From: Macrostomum lignano
Lineage: Eukaryota
Direction: 5' to 3'
Assembly (NCBI GenBank): GCA_002269645.1
Contig: NIVC01000257.1
Location: forward strand, 496,001-560,000
DNA: 64,000 nucleotides
In this document: one piece after another, positions 37,720 to 53,099 of the stretch
Layout of the letters: the number at the start of each line of letters is the position of its first letter
How positions within the stretch are numbered: the stretch's first letter is position 1
Notes under the pieces: generated by a model
What the model was told of the DNA's origin: nothing
The model's database searches: none
Seen by the model: only the letters and a program-made list of their open reading frames with translations
Program-made: the position numbers and the translations under genes

Positions 37720-40700
37720 AATGAGGCTTCTATGATTTTTTCTTGACGCTTCTATGATTTTTACATGACGCTTCTATGATTTTTTACATGACGCTTCTAT
37801 GATTTTTATATGACGTTTCTATGATTGTTTACATGACGCTTCTATGATTGTTTACATGACGCTTCTATGATTGTTTACAGTACGCTTCTATGATTTTTTC
37901 TTGACGCTTCTATGATTTTTACATGACGCTTCTAAGATTTTTTACATGACGCTTCTATGATTGTTTACAGTACGCTTCTATGATTTTTTACATGACGCTT
38001 CTATGATTGTTCGCTTCTATGATTGTTTACATGACGCTTCTATGATTTTTTACATGATGCTTCTATGATTTTTTACATGACGCTTCTATGATTGTTTGCA
38101 TGACGCTTCTATGATTGTTTACATGACGCTTCTATGATTGTTTACATGACGCTTCTATGATTGTTTACATGACGCTTCTATGATTTTTTACATGACGCTT
38201 CTATGATTGTTCGCTTCTATGATTGTTTACATGACGCTTCTATGATTGTTTGCATGACGCTTCTATGATTTTTTCTTGACGCTTCTATGATTTTTACATG
38301 ACGCTTCTATGATTTTTTACATGACGCTTCTATGATTTTTATATGACGTTTCTATGATTGTTTACATGACGCTTCTATGATTGTTTACATGACGCTTCTA
38401 TGATTGTTTACATGACGCTTCTATGATTTTTTCTTGACGCTTCTATGATTTTTACATGACGCTTCTATGATTTTTTACATGACGCTTCTATGATTTTTAT
38501 ATGACGTTTCTATGATTGTTTACATGACGCTTCTATGATTGTTCGCTTCTATGATTGTTTACATGACGCTTCTATGATTTTTTACATGATGCTTCTATGA
38601 TTTTTTACATGACGCTTCTATGATTGTTTACATGACGCTTCTATGATTGTTTACATGACGCTTCTATGATTGTTTACATGACGCTCTACGATTTTTACAT
38701 GACGCTTCTATGATTGTTTACATGACGCTTCTATGATTTTTTACATGACGCTTCTATGATTGTTTACATGACGCTTCTATGATTGTTTACATGACGCTTC
38801 TATGATTGTTTACATGACGCTTCTACGATTTTTTACATGACGCTTCTATGATTGTTTACATGACGCTTCTATGATTTTTAATGACGCTTCTATGATTGTT
38901 TACATGACGCTTCTATGATTTTTACATGACGCTTCTATGATTGTTTACATGACGCTTCTATGATTGTTTACATGACGCTTCTATGATTTTTTACATGACG
39001 CTTCTATGATTGTTTACATGACGCTTTATGATTTTTTACATGACGCTTCTATGATTGTTTACATGACGCTTCTATGATTGTTTACATGACGCTTCTATGA
39101 TTGTTTACATGACGCTTCTATGATTGTTTACATGACGCTTCTAAGATTTTTTACATGACGCTTCTTGATTTTTTACATGACGCTTCTATGATTGTTTACA
39201 TGACGCTTCTATGATTGTTTACATGACGCTTCTATGATTTTTTACATGACGCTTCTATGATTTTTTACATGACGCTTCTATGATTGTTTACATGACGCTT
39301 CTATGATTTTTACATGACGCTTCTATGATTGTTTACATGACGCTTCTATGATTGTTTACATGACGCTTCTATGATTTTTACATGACGCTTCTATGATTTT
39401 TACATGACGCTTCTATGATTGTTTACATGACGCTTCTATGATTTTTATGACGCTTCTATGATTGTTTACATGACGCTTCTATGATTGTTTACATGACGCT
39501 TCTATGATTTTTATGACGCTTCTATGATTGTTTACATGACGCTTCTATGATTGTTTACATGACGCTTCTATGATTGTTTACATGACGCTTCTATGATTTT
39601 TACATGACGCTTCTATGATTGTTTACATGACGCTTCTATGATTTTTACATGACGCTTCTATGATTTTTTACATGACGCTTCTATGATTGTTTACATGACG
39701 CTTCTATGATTGTTTACATGACGCTTCTATGATTGTTTACATGACGCTTCTATGATTTTTACATGACGCTTCTATGATTGTTTACATGACGCTTCTATGA
39801 TTGTTTACATGACGCTTCTATGATTGTTTACATGACGCTTCTATGATTTTTACATGACGCTTCTATGATTTTTACATGACGCTTTATGATTGTTTACATG
39901 ACGCTTCTATGATTTTTACATGACGCTTCTATGATTTTTTACATGACGCTTCTATGATTTTTACATGACGCTTCTATGATTGTTTACATGACGCTTCTAT
40001 GATTGTTTACATGACGCTTCTATGATTGTTTACATGACGCTTCTATGATTTTTTCATGACGCTTCTATGATTGTTTACATGACGCTTCTATGATTTTTAT
40101 GACGCTTCTATGATTTTTTACATGACGCTTCTATGATTTTTACATGACGCTTCTATGATTTTTTACATGACGCTTCTATGATTGTTTACATGACGCTTCT
40201 ATGATTGTTTACATGACGCTTCTATGATTGTTTACATGACGCTTCTATGATTTTTACATGACGCTTCTATGATTGTTTACAGTACGCTTCTATGATTTTT
40301 TACATGACGCTTCTATGATTGTTCGCTTCTATGATTGTTTACATGACGCTTCTATGATTTTTTACATGATGCTTCTATGATTTTTTACATGACGCTTCTA
40401 TGATTGTTTACATGACGCTTCTATGATTGTTTACATGACGCTTCTATGATTGTTTACATGACGCTTCTACGATTTTTTACATGACGCTTCTATGATTGTT
40501 TACATGACGCTTCTATGATTTTTACATGACGCTTCTATGATTGTTTACATGACGCTTCTATGATTGTTTACATGACGCTTCTATGATTGTTTACATGACG
40601 CTTCTATGATTTTTTACATGACGCTTCTATGATTTTTACATGACGCTTCTATGATTGTTTACATGACGCTTCTATGATTGTTTACATGACGCTTCTATGA

Positions 40701-43700
40701 TTTTTACATGACGCTTCTATGATTTTTACATGACGCTTCTATGATTGTTTACATGACGCTTCTATGATTTTTACATGACGCTTCTATGATTGTTTACATG
40801 ACGCTTCTATGATTGTTTACATGACGCTTCTATGATTTTTACATGACGCTTCTATGATTTTTTACATGACGCTTCTATGATTGTTTACATGACGCTTCTA
40901 TGATTTTTATATGACGCTTCTATGATTGTTTACATGACGCTTCTATGATTGTTTACATGACGCTTCTATGATTTTTATATGACGCTTCTATGATTGTTTA
41001 CATGACGCTTCTATGATTGTTTACATGACGCTTTATGATTGTTTACATGACGCTTCTATGATTTTTATGACGCTTCTATGATTTTTACATGACGCTTCTA
41101 TGATTTTTACATGACGCTTCTATGATTGTTTACATGACGCTTCTATGATTGTTTACATGACGCTTCTATGATTGTTTACATGACGCTTCTATGATTTTTA
41201 CATGACGCTTCTATGATTGTTTACATGACGCTTCTATGATTTTTATATGACGCTTCTATGATTTTTACATGACGCTTCTATGATTTTTACATGACGCTTC
41301 TATGATTTTTACATGACGCTTCTATGATTGTTTACATGACGCTTCTATGATTGTTTACATGACGCTTCTATGATTGTTTACATGACGCTTCTATGAATTT
41401 TTACATGACGCTTCTATGATTGTTTACAGTACGCTTCTATGATTTTTTACATGACGCTTCTATGATTGTTCGCTTCTATGATTGTTTACATGACGCTTCT
41501 ATGATTTTTTACATGATGCTTCTATGATTTTTTACATGACGCTTCTATGATTGTTTACATGACGCTTCTATGATTGTTTACATGACGCTTCTATGATTGT
41601 TTACATGACGCTTCTATGATTTTTTACATGACGCTTCTATGATTGTTTACATGACGCTTCTATGATTTTTACATGACGCTTCTATGATTGTTTACATGAC
41701 GCTTCTATGATTGTTTACATGACGCTTCTATGATTGTTTACATGACGCTTCTATGATTTTTTACATGACGCTTCTATGATTGTTTACATGACGCTTCTAT
41801 GATTTTTACATGACGCTTCTATGATTGTTTACATGACGCTTCTATGATTTTTACATGACGCTTCTATGATTGTTTACATGACGCTTCTATGATTGTTTAC
41901 ATGACGCTTCTATGATTTTTACATGACGCTTCTATGATTGTTTACATGACGCTTCTATGATTTTTTACATGACGCTTCTATGATTGTTTACATGACGCTT
42001 CTATGATTGTTTACATGACGCTTCTATGATTGTTTACATGACGCTTCTATGATTTTTACATGACGCTTCTATGATTTTTACATGACGCTTCTATGATTTT
42101 TACATGACGCTTCTATGATTGTTTACATGACGCTTCTATGATTGTTTACATGACGCTTCTATGATTTTTACATGACGCTTCTATGATTTTTTACATGACG
42201 CTTCTATGATTGTTTACATGACGCTTCTATGATTGTTTACATGACGCTTCTATGATTGTTTACATGACGCTTCTATGATTGTTTACATGACGCTTCTATG
42301 ATTGTTTACATGACGCTTCTATGATTTTTACATGACGCTTCTATGATTGTTTACATGACGCTTCTATGATTTTTACATGACGCTTCTATGATTGTTTACA
42401 TGACGCTTCTATGATTGTTTACATGACGCTTCTATGATTTTTATATGACGCTTCTATGATTGTTTACATGACGCTTCTATGATTGTTTACATGACGCTTC
42501 TATGATTGTTTACATGACGCTTCTATGATTTTTACATGACGCTTCTATGATTGTTTACATGACGCTTCTATGATTTTTACATGACGCTTCTATGATTGTT
42601 TACATGACGCTTCTATGATTGTTTACATGACGCTTCTATGATTTTTACATGACGCTTCTATGATTGTTTACATGACGCTTCTATGATTTTTACATGACGC
42701 TTCTATGATTGTTTACATGACGCTTCTATGATTGTTTACATGACGCTTCTATGATTTTTACATGACGCTTCTATGATTTTTTACATGACGCTTCTATGAT
42801 TTTTACATGACGCTTCTATGATTGTTTACATGACGCTTCTATGATTGTTTACATGACGCTTCTATGATTTTTACATGACGCTTCTATGATTTTTACATGA
42901 CGCTTCTATGATTGTTTACATGACGCTTCTATGATTGTTTACATGACGCTTCTATGATTGTTTACATGACGCTTCTATGATTGTTTACATGACGCTTCTA
43001 TGATTGTTTACATGACGCTTCTATGATTTTTACATGACGCTTCTATGATTGTTTACATGACGCTTCTATGATTTTTACATGACGCTTCTATGATTGTTTA
43101 CATGACGCTTCTATGATTGTTTACATGACGCTTCTATGATTTTTACATGACGCTTCTATGATTGTTTACATGACGCTTCTATGATTGTTTACATGACGCT
43201 TCTATGATTGTTTACATGACGCTTCTATGATTTTTACATGACGCTTCTATGATTTTTACATGACGCTTCTATGATTTTTACATGACGCTTCTATGATTTT
43301 TACATGACGCTTCTATGATTGTTTACATGACGCTTCTATGATTGTTTACATGACGCTTCTATGATTGTTTACATGACGCTTCTATGATTTTTACATGACG
43401 CTTCTATGATTGTTTACATGACGCTTCTATGATTGTTTACATGACGCTTCTATGATTGTTTACATGACGCTTCTATGATTTTTACATGACGCTTCTATGA
43501 TTTTTACATGACGCTTCTATGATTGTTTACATGACGCTTCTATGATTTTTATATGACGCTTCTATGATTTTTTACATGACGCTTCTATGATTTTTACATG
43601 ACGCTTCTATGATTGTTTACATGACGCTTCTATGATTGTTTACATGACGCTTCTATGATTGTTTACATGACGCTTCTATGATTTTTTACATGACGCTTCT

Positions 43701-44730
43701 ATGATTGTTTACATGACGCTTCTATGATTTTTATATGACGCTTCTATGATTTTTACATGACGCTTCTATGATTTTTTACATGACGCTTCTATGATTTTTA
43801 CATGACGCTTCTATGATTGTTTACATGACGCTTCTATGATTGTTTACATGACGCTTCTATGATTGTTTACATGACGCTTCTATGATTTTTACATGACGCT
43901 TCTATGATTGTTTACATGACGCTTCTATGATTTTTACATGACGCTTCTATGATTGTTTACATGACGCTTCTATGATTTTTACATGACGCTTCTATGATTT
44001 TTTACATGACGCTTCTATGATTTTTACATGACGCTTCTATGATTGTTTACATGACGCTTCTATGATTGTTTACATGACGCTTCTATGATTTTTACATGAC
44101 GCTTCTATGATTTTTACATGACGCTTCTATGATTTTTACATGACGCTTCTATGATTGTTTACATGACGCTTCTATGATTGTTTACATGACGCTTCTATGA
44201 TTTTTACATGACGCTTCTATGATTTTTACATGACGCTTCTATGATTGTTTACATGACGCTTCTATGATTGTTTACATGACGCTTCTATGATTGTTTACAT
44301 GACGCTTCTATGATTTTTACATGACGCTTCTATGATTGTTTACATGACGCTTCTATGATTTTTACATGACGCTTCTATGATTTTTACATGACGCTTCTAT
44401 GATTGTTTACATGACGCTTCTATGATTTTTACATGACGCTTCTATGATTTTTACATGACGCTTCTATGATTGTTTACATGACGCTTCTATGATTGTTTAC
44501 ATGACGCTTCTATGATTGTTTACATGACGCTTCTATGATTGTTTACATGACGCTTCTATGATTTTTACATGACGCTTCTATGATTTTTTACATGACGCTT
44601 CTATGATTTTTACATGACGCTTCTATGATTGTTTACATGACGCTTCTATGATTTTTACATGACGCTTCTACGATTTTTTACATGACGCTTTTATGATTGT
44701 TTACATGACGCTTCTACGATTTTTATATGA
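37720..44730. repeat. 22/23-bp satellite (CATGACGCTTCTATGATTGTTTA / ...ATTTTTA)n
   Basis: ~7 kb of nearly homogeneous units. Confidence 0.98.
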
Positions 44731-45342
44731 CGCTTGTTTTTAAAAAGTCTTTTAGTTTTCCTGACGTTGAAAAGCTTTAATTAAAAAAATTATACTCAAA
44801 TTCAAACCATCGTCACTGCATTTAGCAGTTCAGTTTGTTCACCTTTAGGCTAGCTCTCATCGTTTTGATAACATCAACTTTTGCACTTATATAACTCAAC
44901 ACTTTTAAATCCAAGCATAGAGTAAATCACACGAAGCAGTTATGACATAATCAGTTTCTCAGTCAGTCAGTATCAGTTAACAATATGGTTACGCAATTTA
45001 AATCAAGTCTGGTGCTACGCTTCCACACTGCATTTTCAATTCAAGTCGGAGTTACAATTCAGTTATGATGCAATCTATTTCAGAGTCAGAATTCAACCAG
45101 TCAGTTTTTTCTCTAGCATTCTTACAATGCATTTCAAGTCGAAAAGTTTGCTTGACCTTTGCAAAAAAGCATGTTTTTCGAATATTTAATGCCTTTAGCA
45201 TCGAGCAATTTCTTAGCCACGATGCATGTACCGTCACGGGAAAATTTCTGATCGAACAGTGCAAGTTCGAACAAAATCGGTCCAGCCATTTTTTCTCTAA
45301 TCTATCACATATATATAGACATCACATTTTTAGTATATAGGA

Positions 45343-48300
45343 CTAGCAATCTACGCCCCCCGTTGGGGAGCCAAAGAAATGCAATACACGTTTTTTTAAT
45401 AAGCTACATGTATCCTTGAAATCTTAAAAAATCTCCTGTCAAACCTTGTAAGCCTTGACATGTCAGTTATCCCCCCCCACAAGCTTTAACATATCAACTT
45501 CCCCCCTTGACATCTCAGCAATGCCCCCAATAAGCCTTGGAAATCTAAAAATATCTGCCAACCTTCTAACCCTAACCCTAACCCTAACCCTAACCCTAAC
45601 CTAACCCTAAAGCATTGAAATTTCAGTAATTCTCTCTAAGAGTCATTATAGCACTACTACAGCATTATAGCGATAAGCTTCTTTTATTTTTTACATAACG
45701 CTTTTTTTATCAGCGATCCCTCGCCTGAGGAGGCATCAAATAATGTAATAAAAAGTTTTCAATAAACTACATGTAGCTTCTGACTTTAGCCTTGAAATCT
45801 CATTTATACCCCCGTGAGCCTTGACATCTCAGCTATTCCCCCCCCGTCCGTAAGCCTTGACATGTCAGCGATGGCCCCCATAAACCTTGAAATCTAAAAA
45901 ATCCACTGTTAACCTTGAAACCCGATAAAATATAACCCTCAACCCACACCTGACCTAAACCTAACTTTAACCCAACCTAAAGCCTTGAAATCTCAGCAAT
46001 TCTTCTCCCCTAAGCCTTGACATTTTAGTGATTCCTTCTTTAAGAATCACAGCACTATAACGATTTCCACCAAGCTTTGACATCGTAGCAATTCCCAAAT
46101 GAATCTTTTAACTTCGACATGACTTTTATTTTATGTATACATAGTGCTACTTTTATTTTTTACATGACTCTTCTTCTATCAGCACCCCCCCCCCAATGGC
46201 GAGCCAACAAAGAATGCAATAAAAAATTGAGTAAATACATGAACTTTGAAGTAGCTTCTGACTTTTGCTTTGACATCTCAGAAACCCCCCCCCGTAATCT
46301 CAGTTATTCTCTGAGAGCCTTTACGTCTCAGTTTTTCTTCCCAGCACAGCATTATAGCTGCATTTCATTTTTACATGACATCCTTCATGTCTGACATGAC
46401 GCTTCTTTTGATTTTTACATTACACTTCTTTTATTCTTCCATGATGCTTCTTAATTTTTTAAATGACGCTTTCATTAGTTTTTAAATGAGGCTTCTATGA
46501 TTTTTTCATGACGCTTCTATGATTGTTTACATGACGCTTCTATGCTTTTTACATGACGCTTCTATGCTTTTTACATGACGCTTCTATGATTATTTCATGA
46601 CGCTTCTATGATTTTTACATGATGCTTCTACGATTTCTGCAGGACGCTTCTATGATTTTTACATGATGCTTCTATGATTTTTTCATGACGCTCCTATGAT
46701 CTTTTCATGACGCTTCTATGATTTTTTCATGACGCTTCCATGATTTTTTCATGACGCTTCTGTGATTGTTTATATGACGCTTCTATGCTTTTTATATGAC
46801 GCTTCCATGATTTTTTACATGACACTTCTATGATTTTTACATGACGCTTCTGTGATTGTTTATATGACGCTTCTATGCTTTTTATATGACGCTTCCATGA
46901 TTTTTTACATGACACTTCTATGATTTTTACATGACGCTTCCATGATTTTTTCATGACGCTTCTGTGATTGTTTATTTGACGCTTCTATGCTTTTTATATG
47001 ACGCTTCTATGATTGTTTACATGACGCTTCTATGCTTTTTATATGACGATTCTATGATTTTTACATGACGCTTCTATGATTTTTACATGACGTTTCTATG
47101 ATTTTTTCAAGACGCTCCTATGTTTTATTCATGACGCTTCTATGATTTTTTCATGACGCTTCTATGATTTTTACATGACGCTACTATGATTTTTACATGA
47201 CGCTTCCATGATTTTTTACATGACGCTTCTATGCTTTTTACATGACGCTTCTATGATTATTTCATGACGCTTCTACGATATCTGAAGGACGCTTCTATGA
47301 TTGTTTACATGACGCTTCTATGATTTTTACATGACGCTTCTATGATTTTTTCATGACGCTTCTATGATTTTTTACATGACGCTACTATGATTTTTACATG
47401 ACGCTTCCATGATTTTTTACATGACGCTTCTATGATTTTTACATGACGCTTCTATGATTTTTACATGACGCTTCTATGATTTTTTACATGACGCTTCCAT
47501 GATTTTTTACATGACCCTTCTATGATTTTTACATGACGCTTCCATGATTTTTTTTCATGACGCTTCCATGATTTTTTACATGACGCTTTTATGATTTTTT
47601 CATGACGCTTCTATGATTTTTACATGACGCTTCCATGATTTTTTACATGACACTTCTATGATTTTTTGCATGACGCTTCTATGATTGTTTACATGACGCT
47701 TCTATGATTGTTTACATGACGCTTCTATGATTTTTTACATGACGCTTCTATGATTGTTTACATGACGCTTCTATGATTTTTTACATGACGCTTCTATGAT
47801 ATTTTCATGACGCTTCTATGATTTTTTACATGACGCTTCTATGATATTTTCATGACGCTTCCACGATTTTTTACATGACGCTTCTATGATTGTTTACATG
47901 ACGCTTCTATGATTTTTACATGATGCTTCTACGATTTCTGCAGGACGCTTCTATGATTTTTACATGACGCTCCTATGATTTTTTCATGACGCTTCCATGA
48001 TTTTTTACATGACGCTTCTATGATTTTTTACATGACGCTTCTATGATTTTTTACATGACGCTTCTATGATTGTTTACATGACGCTTCTATGATTGTTTAT
48101 ATGACGCTTCTATGATTTTTACATGACGCTCCTATGATTTTTTCATGACGCTTCCATGATTTTTTACATGACGCTTCTATGATTTTTTACATGACGCTTC
48201 TATGATTTTTTAGTTTTCTTCTTGGTGTTAAAAAGCTTTAGCTAATTAAAAAAATTCCACTCTCTAAAAATTCGAACCATCGTCCCTGCATTTAGCAGTC

Positions 48301-48814
48301 AGTCTGTTTACCTCTAGGCTAGCTCTCATCGTTTTGATAATATGAATTTTAGCACTTATAATTATAAGTTTCAAAACTCCAAGCATGGAGTAAATCACAC
48401 GAGGCAGTTATGACATAATCAATTTCTCAGTCAGTCAGTATCAGTTAACAATATGGTTACGCAATTTAAATCAAGTCTGGTGCTACGCTTCCACACTGCA
48501 TTTTCAATTCAAGTCAGAGTTACAATTCAGTTATGATGCAATCTATTTCAGAATCAGAATTCAACCAGTCAGTTTTTTCTCTAGCATTCTTACAATGCAT
48601 TTCAAGTCGAAAAGTTTGCTTGACCTTTGCAAAAAAGCATGTTTTTCGAATATTTAATCCCTTTAACATGGAGCAATTTCTTAGCCAAGATGCATGTACC
48701 GTCACGGGAAAATTTCTGATCAAACAGTGCAAGTCTCATGAAAATCGGTTAAGCCATTTTTTCTCTAATCGATTACAAGCAAGCAAGCAAGATTTTCATT
48801 TTTAGTATATAGGA
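45343..48814 (-). mobile_element. Helitron-like unit H3 (3.5 kb)
   Basis: Same architecture as H2 with a shorter, more diverged satellite (46490-48210). Confidence 0.8.
46490..48210. repeat. 22/23-bp satellite, diverged block in H3
   Basis: Same consensus as 37720-44730 with more variants. Confidence 0.95.
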
Positions 48815-51800
48815 CTAGCAATCTACGCCCCCCGTTGGGGAGCCAAAGAAATGCAATACACGTTTTTTTAATAAACTACATGTATCCTTGAAATCTTAAA
48901 AAATCTCCTGTCAAACCTTGTAAGCCTTGACATGTCAGTAATTCCCCCCCCCCACAAGCTTTAACATATCAACTTCCCCCCTTGACATCTCAGCAATGCC
49001 CCAAATAAGCCTTGGAAATCTAAAAATATCTGTCAACCTTCTAACCCTAACCCTAGCCTAACCCTAACCCTAACCCTAACCCTAACCCTAACCTAACCCT
49101 AAAGCATTGAAATTTCAGTAATTCTCTCTAAGAGTCATTATAGCACTACTACAGCATTATAGCGATTCCCTGCAAGCCTCGACATCGTAGAGATTCCCAA
49201 ATGAATCTCTTAACTTCGACATGAAGCTTATTTTATTTTTTACATTACGCTTTTTTATCAGCGATCCCTCCCCAGAGGAGGCATCAAATAATGTAATAAA
49301 AAGTTTTCAATAAACTACATGTAGCTTCTGACTTTAGCCTTGAAATCTCATTTATACCCCCGTGAACCTTGACATCTCAGATATTCCCCCCGTAAGTCTT
49401 AACATGTCAGCGATGGCCCCCATAAACCTTGAAATCTAAAAAATCCCCTGTTATTCTGTTAACCTTGAAATCCGATAAAATATAACCCTCAACCCACACC
49501 TGACCTAAACCTAACTTTAACCCAACCTAAAGCCTTGAAATCTCAGCAATTCTTCTCCCCTAAGCCTTGACATTTTAGTGATTCCTTCTTTAAGAATCAC
49601 AGCACTATAACGATTTCCACCAAGCTTTGACATCGTAGCAATTCCCAAATGAATCTTTTAACTTCGACATGACTTTTCTTTTATGTATACGTAGTGCTAC
49701 TTTTATTTTTTACATGACTCTTCTTCTATCAGCGCCCCCCCCGTGGCGAGCCAACAAATAATGCAATAAAAAAATTGAGTAAAGTACATGAACTTTGAAG
49801 TAGCTTCTGACTTTTGCTTTGACATCTCAGAACCCCCCCCCGTAATCTCAGTTATTCTCTGAGAGCCTTTACGTCTCAGTTTTTCTCCCCAGCACAGCAT
49901 TATAGCTGCATTTAATTTTTACATGACACCCTTCATGTCTGACATGACGCTTCTTTTATTCTACCATGATGCTTCTTAATTTTTTAAATGACACTTTCAT
50001 TAGTTTTTAAATGAGGCTCCTATGATTTTTTCATGACGCTTCTATGATTTTTACACGACACTTCTATGATTTTTTATATGACGCTTCTATGATTGTTTAT
50101 ATGACGCTTCTATGCTTTTTACATGACGCTTCTATGATTTTTTTACATAACGCTTCCATGATTGTTTACATGACGCTTCTATGATTGTTTACATGACGCT
50201 TCTATGATTGTTTACATGACGCTTCTATGATTTTTTACATGACGCTTCTATGATTATTTCATGACGCTTCTACGATTTCTGCAGGACGCTTCAATGATTT
50301 TTACATGACGCTTTTATGATTTTTACATGACGCTTCTATGATTGTTTACATGACGCTTCTATGATTGTTTATACGACGCTTCTATGATTTTTACATGACG
50401 CTTCTATGCTTTTTACATGACGCTTCTATGATTGTTTACATGACGCTTCTATGATTGTTTCATGACGCTTCTATGATTGTTTACATGACGCTTCTATGAT
50501 TGTTTACATGACGCTTCTATGATTGTTTACATGACGCTTCTATGATTGTTTATACGACGCTTCTATGATTTTTACATGACGCTTCTATGCTTTTTACATG
50601 ACGCTTCTATGATTTTTTACATGACGCTTCTATGATTGTTTCATGACGCTTCTATGATTGTTTACATGACGCTTCTATGATTTTTTACATGACGCTTCTA
50701 TGATTGTTTACATGACGCTTCTATGATTGTTTATACGACGCTTCTATGATTTTTACATGACGCTTCTATGCTTTTTACATGACGCTTCTATGATTTTTTA
50801 CATGACGCTTCTATGATTGTTTTATGACGCTTCTATGATTTTTTACATGGCGCTTCTATGATTGTTTACATGACGCTTCTATGATTTTTTACATGACGCT
50901 TCTATGATTGTTTACATGACGCTTCTATGATTGTTTAAATGACGCTTCTATGATTGTTTACATGACGCTTCTATGATTGTTTACATGACGCTTCTATGAT
51001 TGTTTACATGACGCTTCTATGATTGTTTACATGACGCTTCTATGATTTTTATATGACGCTTCTATGATTGTTTACATGACGCTTCTATGATTGTTTACAT
51101 GACGCTTCTATGATTGTTTAAATGACGCTTCTATGATTGTTTACATGACGCTTCTATGATTTTTTACATGACGCTTCTATGATTTTTTACATGACGCTTC
51201 TATGATTGTTTACATGACGCTTCTATGATTTTTTACATGACGCTTCTATGATTTTTACATGACGATTCTTTTTAAAAAGTCTTTTAGTTTTCCTGACGTT
51301 GAAAAGCTTTAATTAAAAAATTATACTCTATGAAAATTCGAACCATCGTCGCTGCATTTAACAGTTCAGTTTGTTCACCTCTAGGCTAGCTCTCATCGTT
51401 TTGATAACATCAAATTTTGTACTTATATAATTCAACACTTTAAAATCCAAGCATAGAGTAAAAATCACACGAAGCAGTTATGACATAATCAGTTTCTCAG
51501 TCAGTCAGTATCAGTTAACAATATGGTTACGCAATCTAAATCAAGTCTGGTGCTACGCTTCCACACTGCATTTTCAATTCAAGTCGGAGTTACAATTCAG
51601 TTATGATGCAATCTATTTCAGAATCAGAATTCAACCAGTCAGTTTTTTCTCTAGCATTCTTACAATGCATTTCAAGTCGAAAAGTTTGCTTGACCTTTGC
51701 AAAAAAGCATGTTTTTCGAATATTTAATGCCTTTAGCATCAAGAAATTTCTTAGCCACGATGCATGTACCGTCACGGGAAAATTTCTGATCGAACAGTGC

Positions 51801-51880
51801 AAGTTCGAACAAAATCGGTACAGCCATTTTTTCTCTAATCGATCACATAGACACAGACAGACCATTTTTAGTATATACGA
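48815..51880 (-). mobile_element. Helitron-like unit H4 (3.1 kb)
   Basis: Same start, CCCTAA run, satellite 50020-51270, conserved block, TTTTAGTATATACGA end. Confidence 0.78.
50020..51270. repeat. 22/23-bp satellite block in H4
   Basis: Same consensus. Confidence 0.95.
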
Positions 51881-52029
51881 GTGGAACTCCTCCTCTGGAG
51901 GAGAAAGGGGAAGAACTCCCATCACCGGAATTCTATTCCCTGAAATATCCATCAACTGAAATTCCATGTCTTTAACCCTATCTTCCAAATCGTCTCCAAA
52001 TTCTTTACAAAATCTTTCAAAGACCATAG

Positions 52030-52755
52030 CTCAAAGACTCTCAAGTCTCTCATATCTCCTCTCTCCTCTCTCTCATCTCATCTCTACCCCTGCTCCCTTA
52101 TTTATCTCTTCTCCCTCGTCTTTCGTCTGTACCTTCTCCTGTCTTCTGTCTCCTCTCTTCACTCTTATCTCTCCCTCTTCTCTCCTCTCTCATATGTCAT
52201 CTCTACTCACTTATCTATCGTCTCTCTTAACCCTCTCTCTCTCTTCTCTTTTCTCTTCTCTCTGCTCTCATTTCTCATATTTCATATACGCTCTGACACT
52301 ACTTTCTTGTCTCCCATCTTTCTTCCTCCTTTTCACTATCCCCTGTCTCTTCTCTTCTCTCTTTTCTATTCTCTCCATTCTCTCTTTTCTCCTTTCCTTG
52401 CTCCTTTCATCTCTCTCCTCTCTCCTCACTCTCTTCTCCTTTCGCTTCTCTCTCCTCTCTCTCCTCTCATCTTTACTACCTTATTTATATCTTCTCCCTA
52501 GTCTTTCGTCTGTACTCTCCCCTGTCTCCTCTCTCCCCTGCTCTCTCATCCCTCATCTCCTCATCTCACTCTTTCTTTCTCCTCTACTCTCCCCTCTCTT
52601 CTATTGCCTCTGTACGCTCTTATCCCTCATCTATTCTCTCTCCTATCATCTCCAATCTGTCATGTCTAATCTCTCCACTCAATTATACTCTGTTTTCTAT
52701 CATCTCTTCTCTCTTCTCTTTTCAGTCTTCTCTTTACTCTCTTCTCTGACTGATT
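52030..52755. repeat. CT-rich low-complexity tract
   Basis: Polypyrimidine composition; ORF 51966-52757 is only Ser/Leu low complexity. Confidence 0.85.
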
Positions 52756-53099
52756 GAAGATGCCAAATCCATCAAGATCCTCTCCGCGAAGCAAAAATCC
52801 TGTCTGTGCAACTAAAAACCATCGAAATCCTCTCAGTGAAACTGGACTCCTTCGAAATCCTCTCCTTGAAACTTAAATCCATCAAAATTGTTTCTATAAA
52901 ACAGAAATCAATCATAAATTATCTCCGCGAAACAGAAAGCCTCTCCGTGAAGCTGAACATGATCGAAATCCTCTCCGTGAAACTGAACACCATGGAAATC
53001 CTTTCGTGAAACTGAACATCATCGAAATCCTCTCCACGAAACAGAAATCTTCTCCGTCAGAATTTAAACATTGAAATCGTCTCCGCTAAACTTGACTTA

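Larger units (their letters stand above)
36594..45342 (-). mobile_element. Helitron-like unit H2 (8.75 kb, with ~7-kb satellite expansion)
   Basis: CTAGCAATCTACGCCCCCGTTGGGGAGCC start, CCCTAA run, 22/23-bp satellite, conserved block, TAGTATATAGGA end. Confidence 0.8.

Noticed and set aside
37720-44730. Long regular repeat as a CRISPR array
   Set aside because: Units abut with no unique spacers, the context is eukaryotic, and there are no cas genes.
26446-51959. Recurrent MMQSISESEFNQSVF... and MHCSIRNFPV... ORFs (26446, 45052/45065, 48520/48533, 51590/51603)
   Set aside because: Conserved 5' region of the non-autonomous Helitrons; stops and lengths vary between copies and there are no Rep/helicase motifs.
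51966-52757. 263-aa Ser/Leu-rich 'membrane protein' ORF
   Set aside because: CT-rich low-complexity sequence with no splice or codon evidence.
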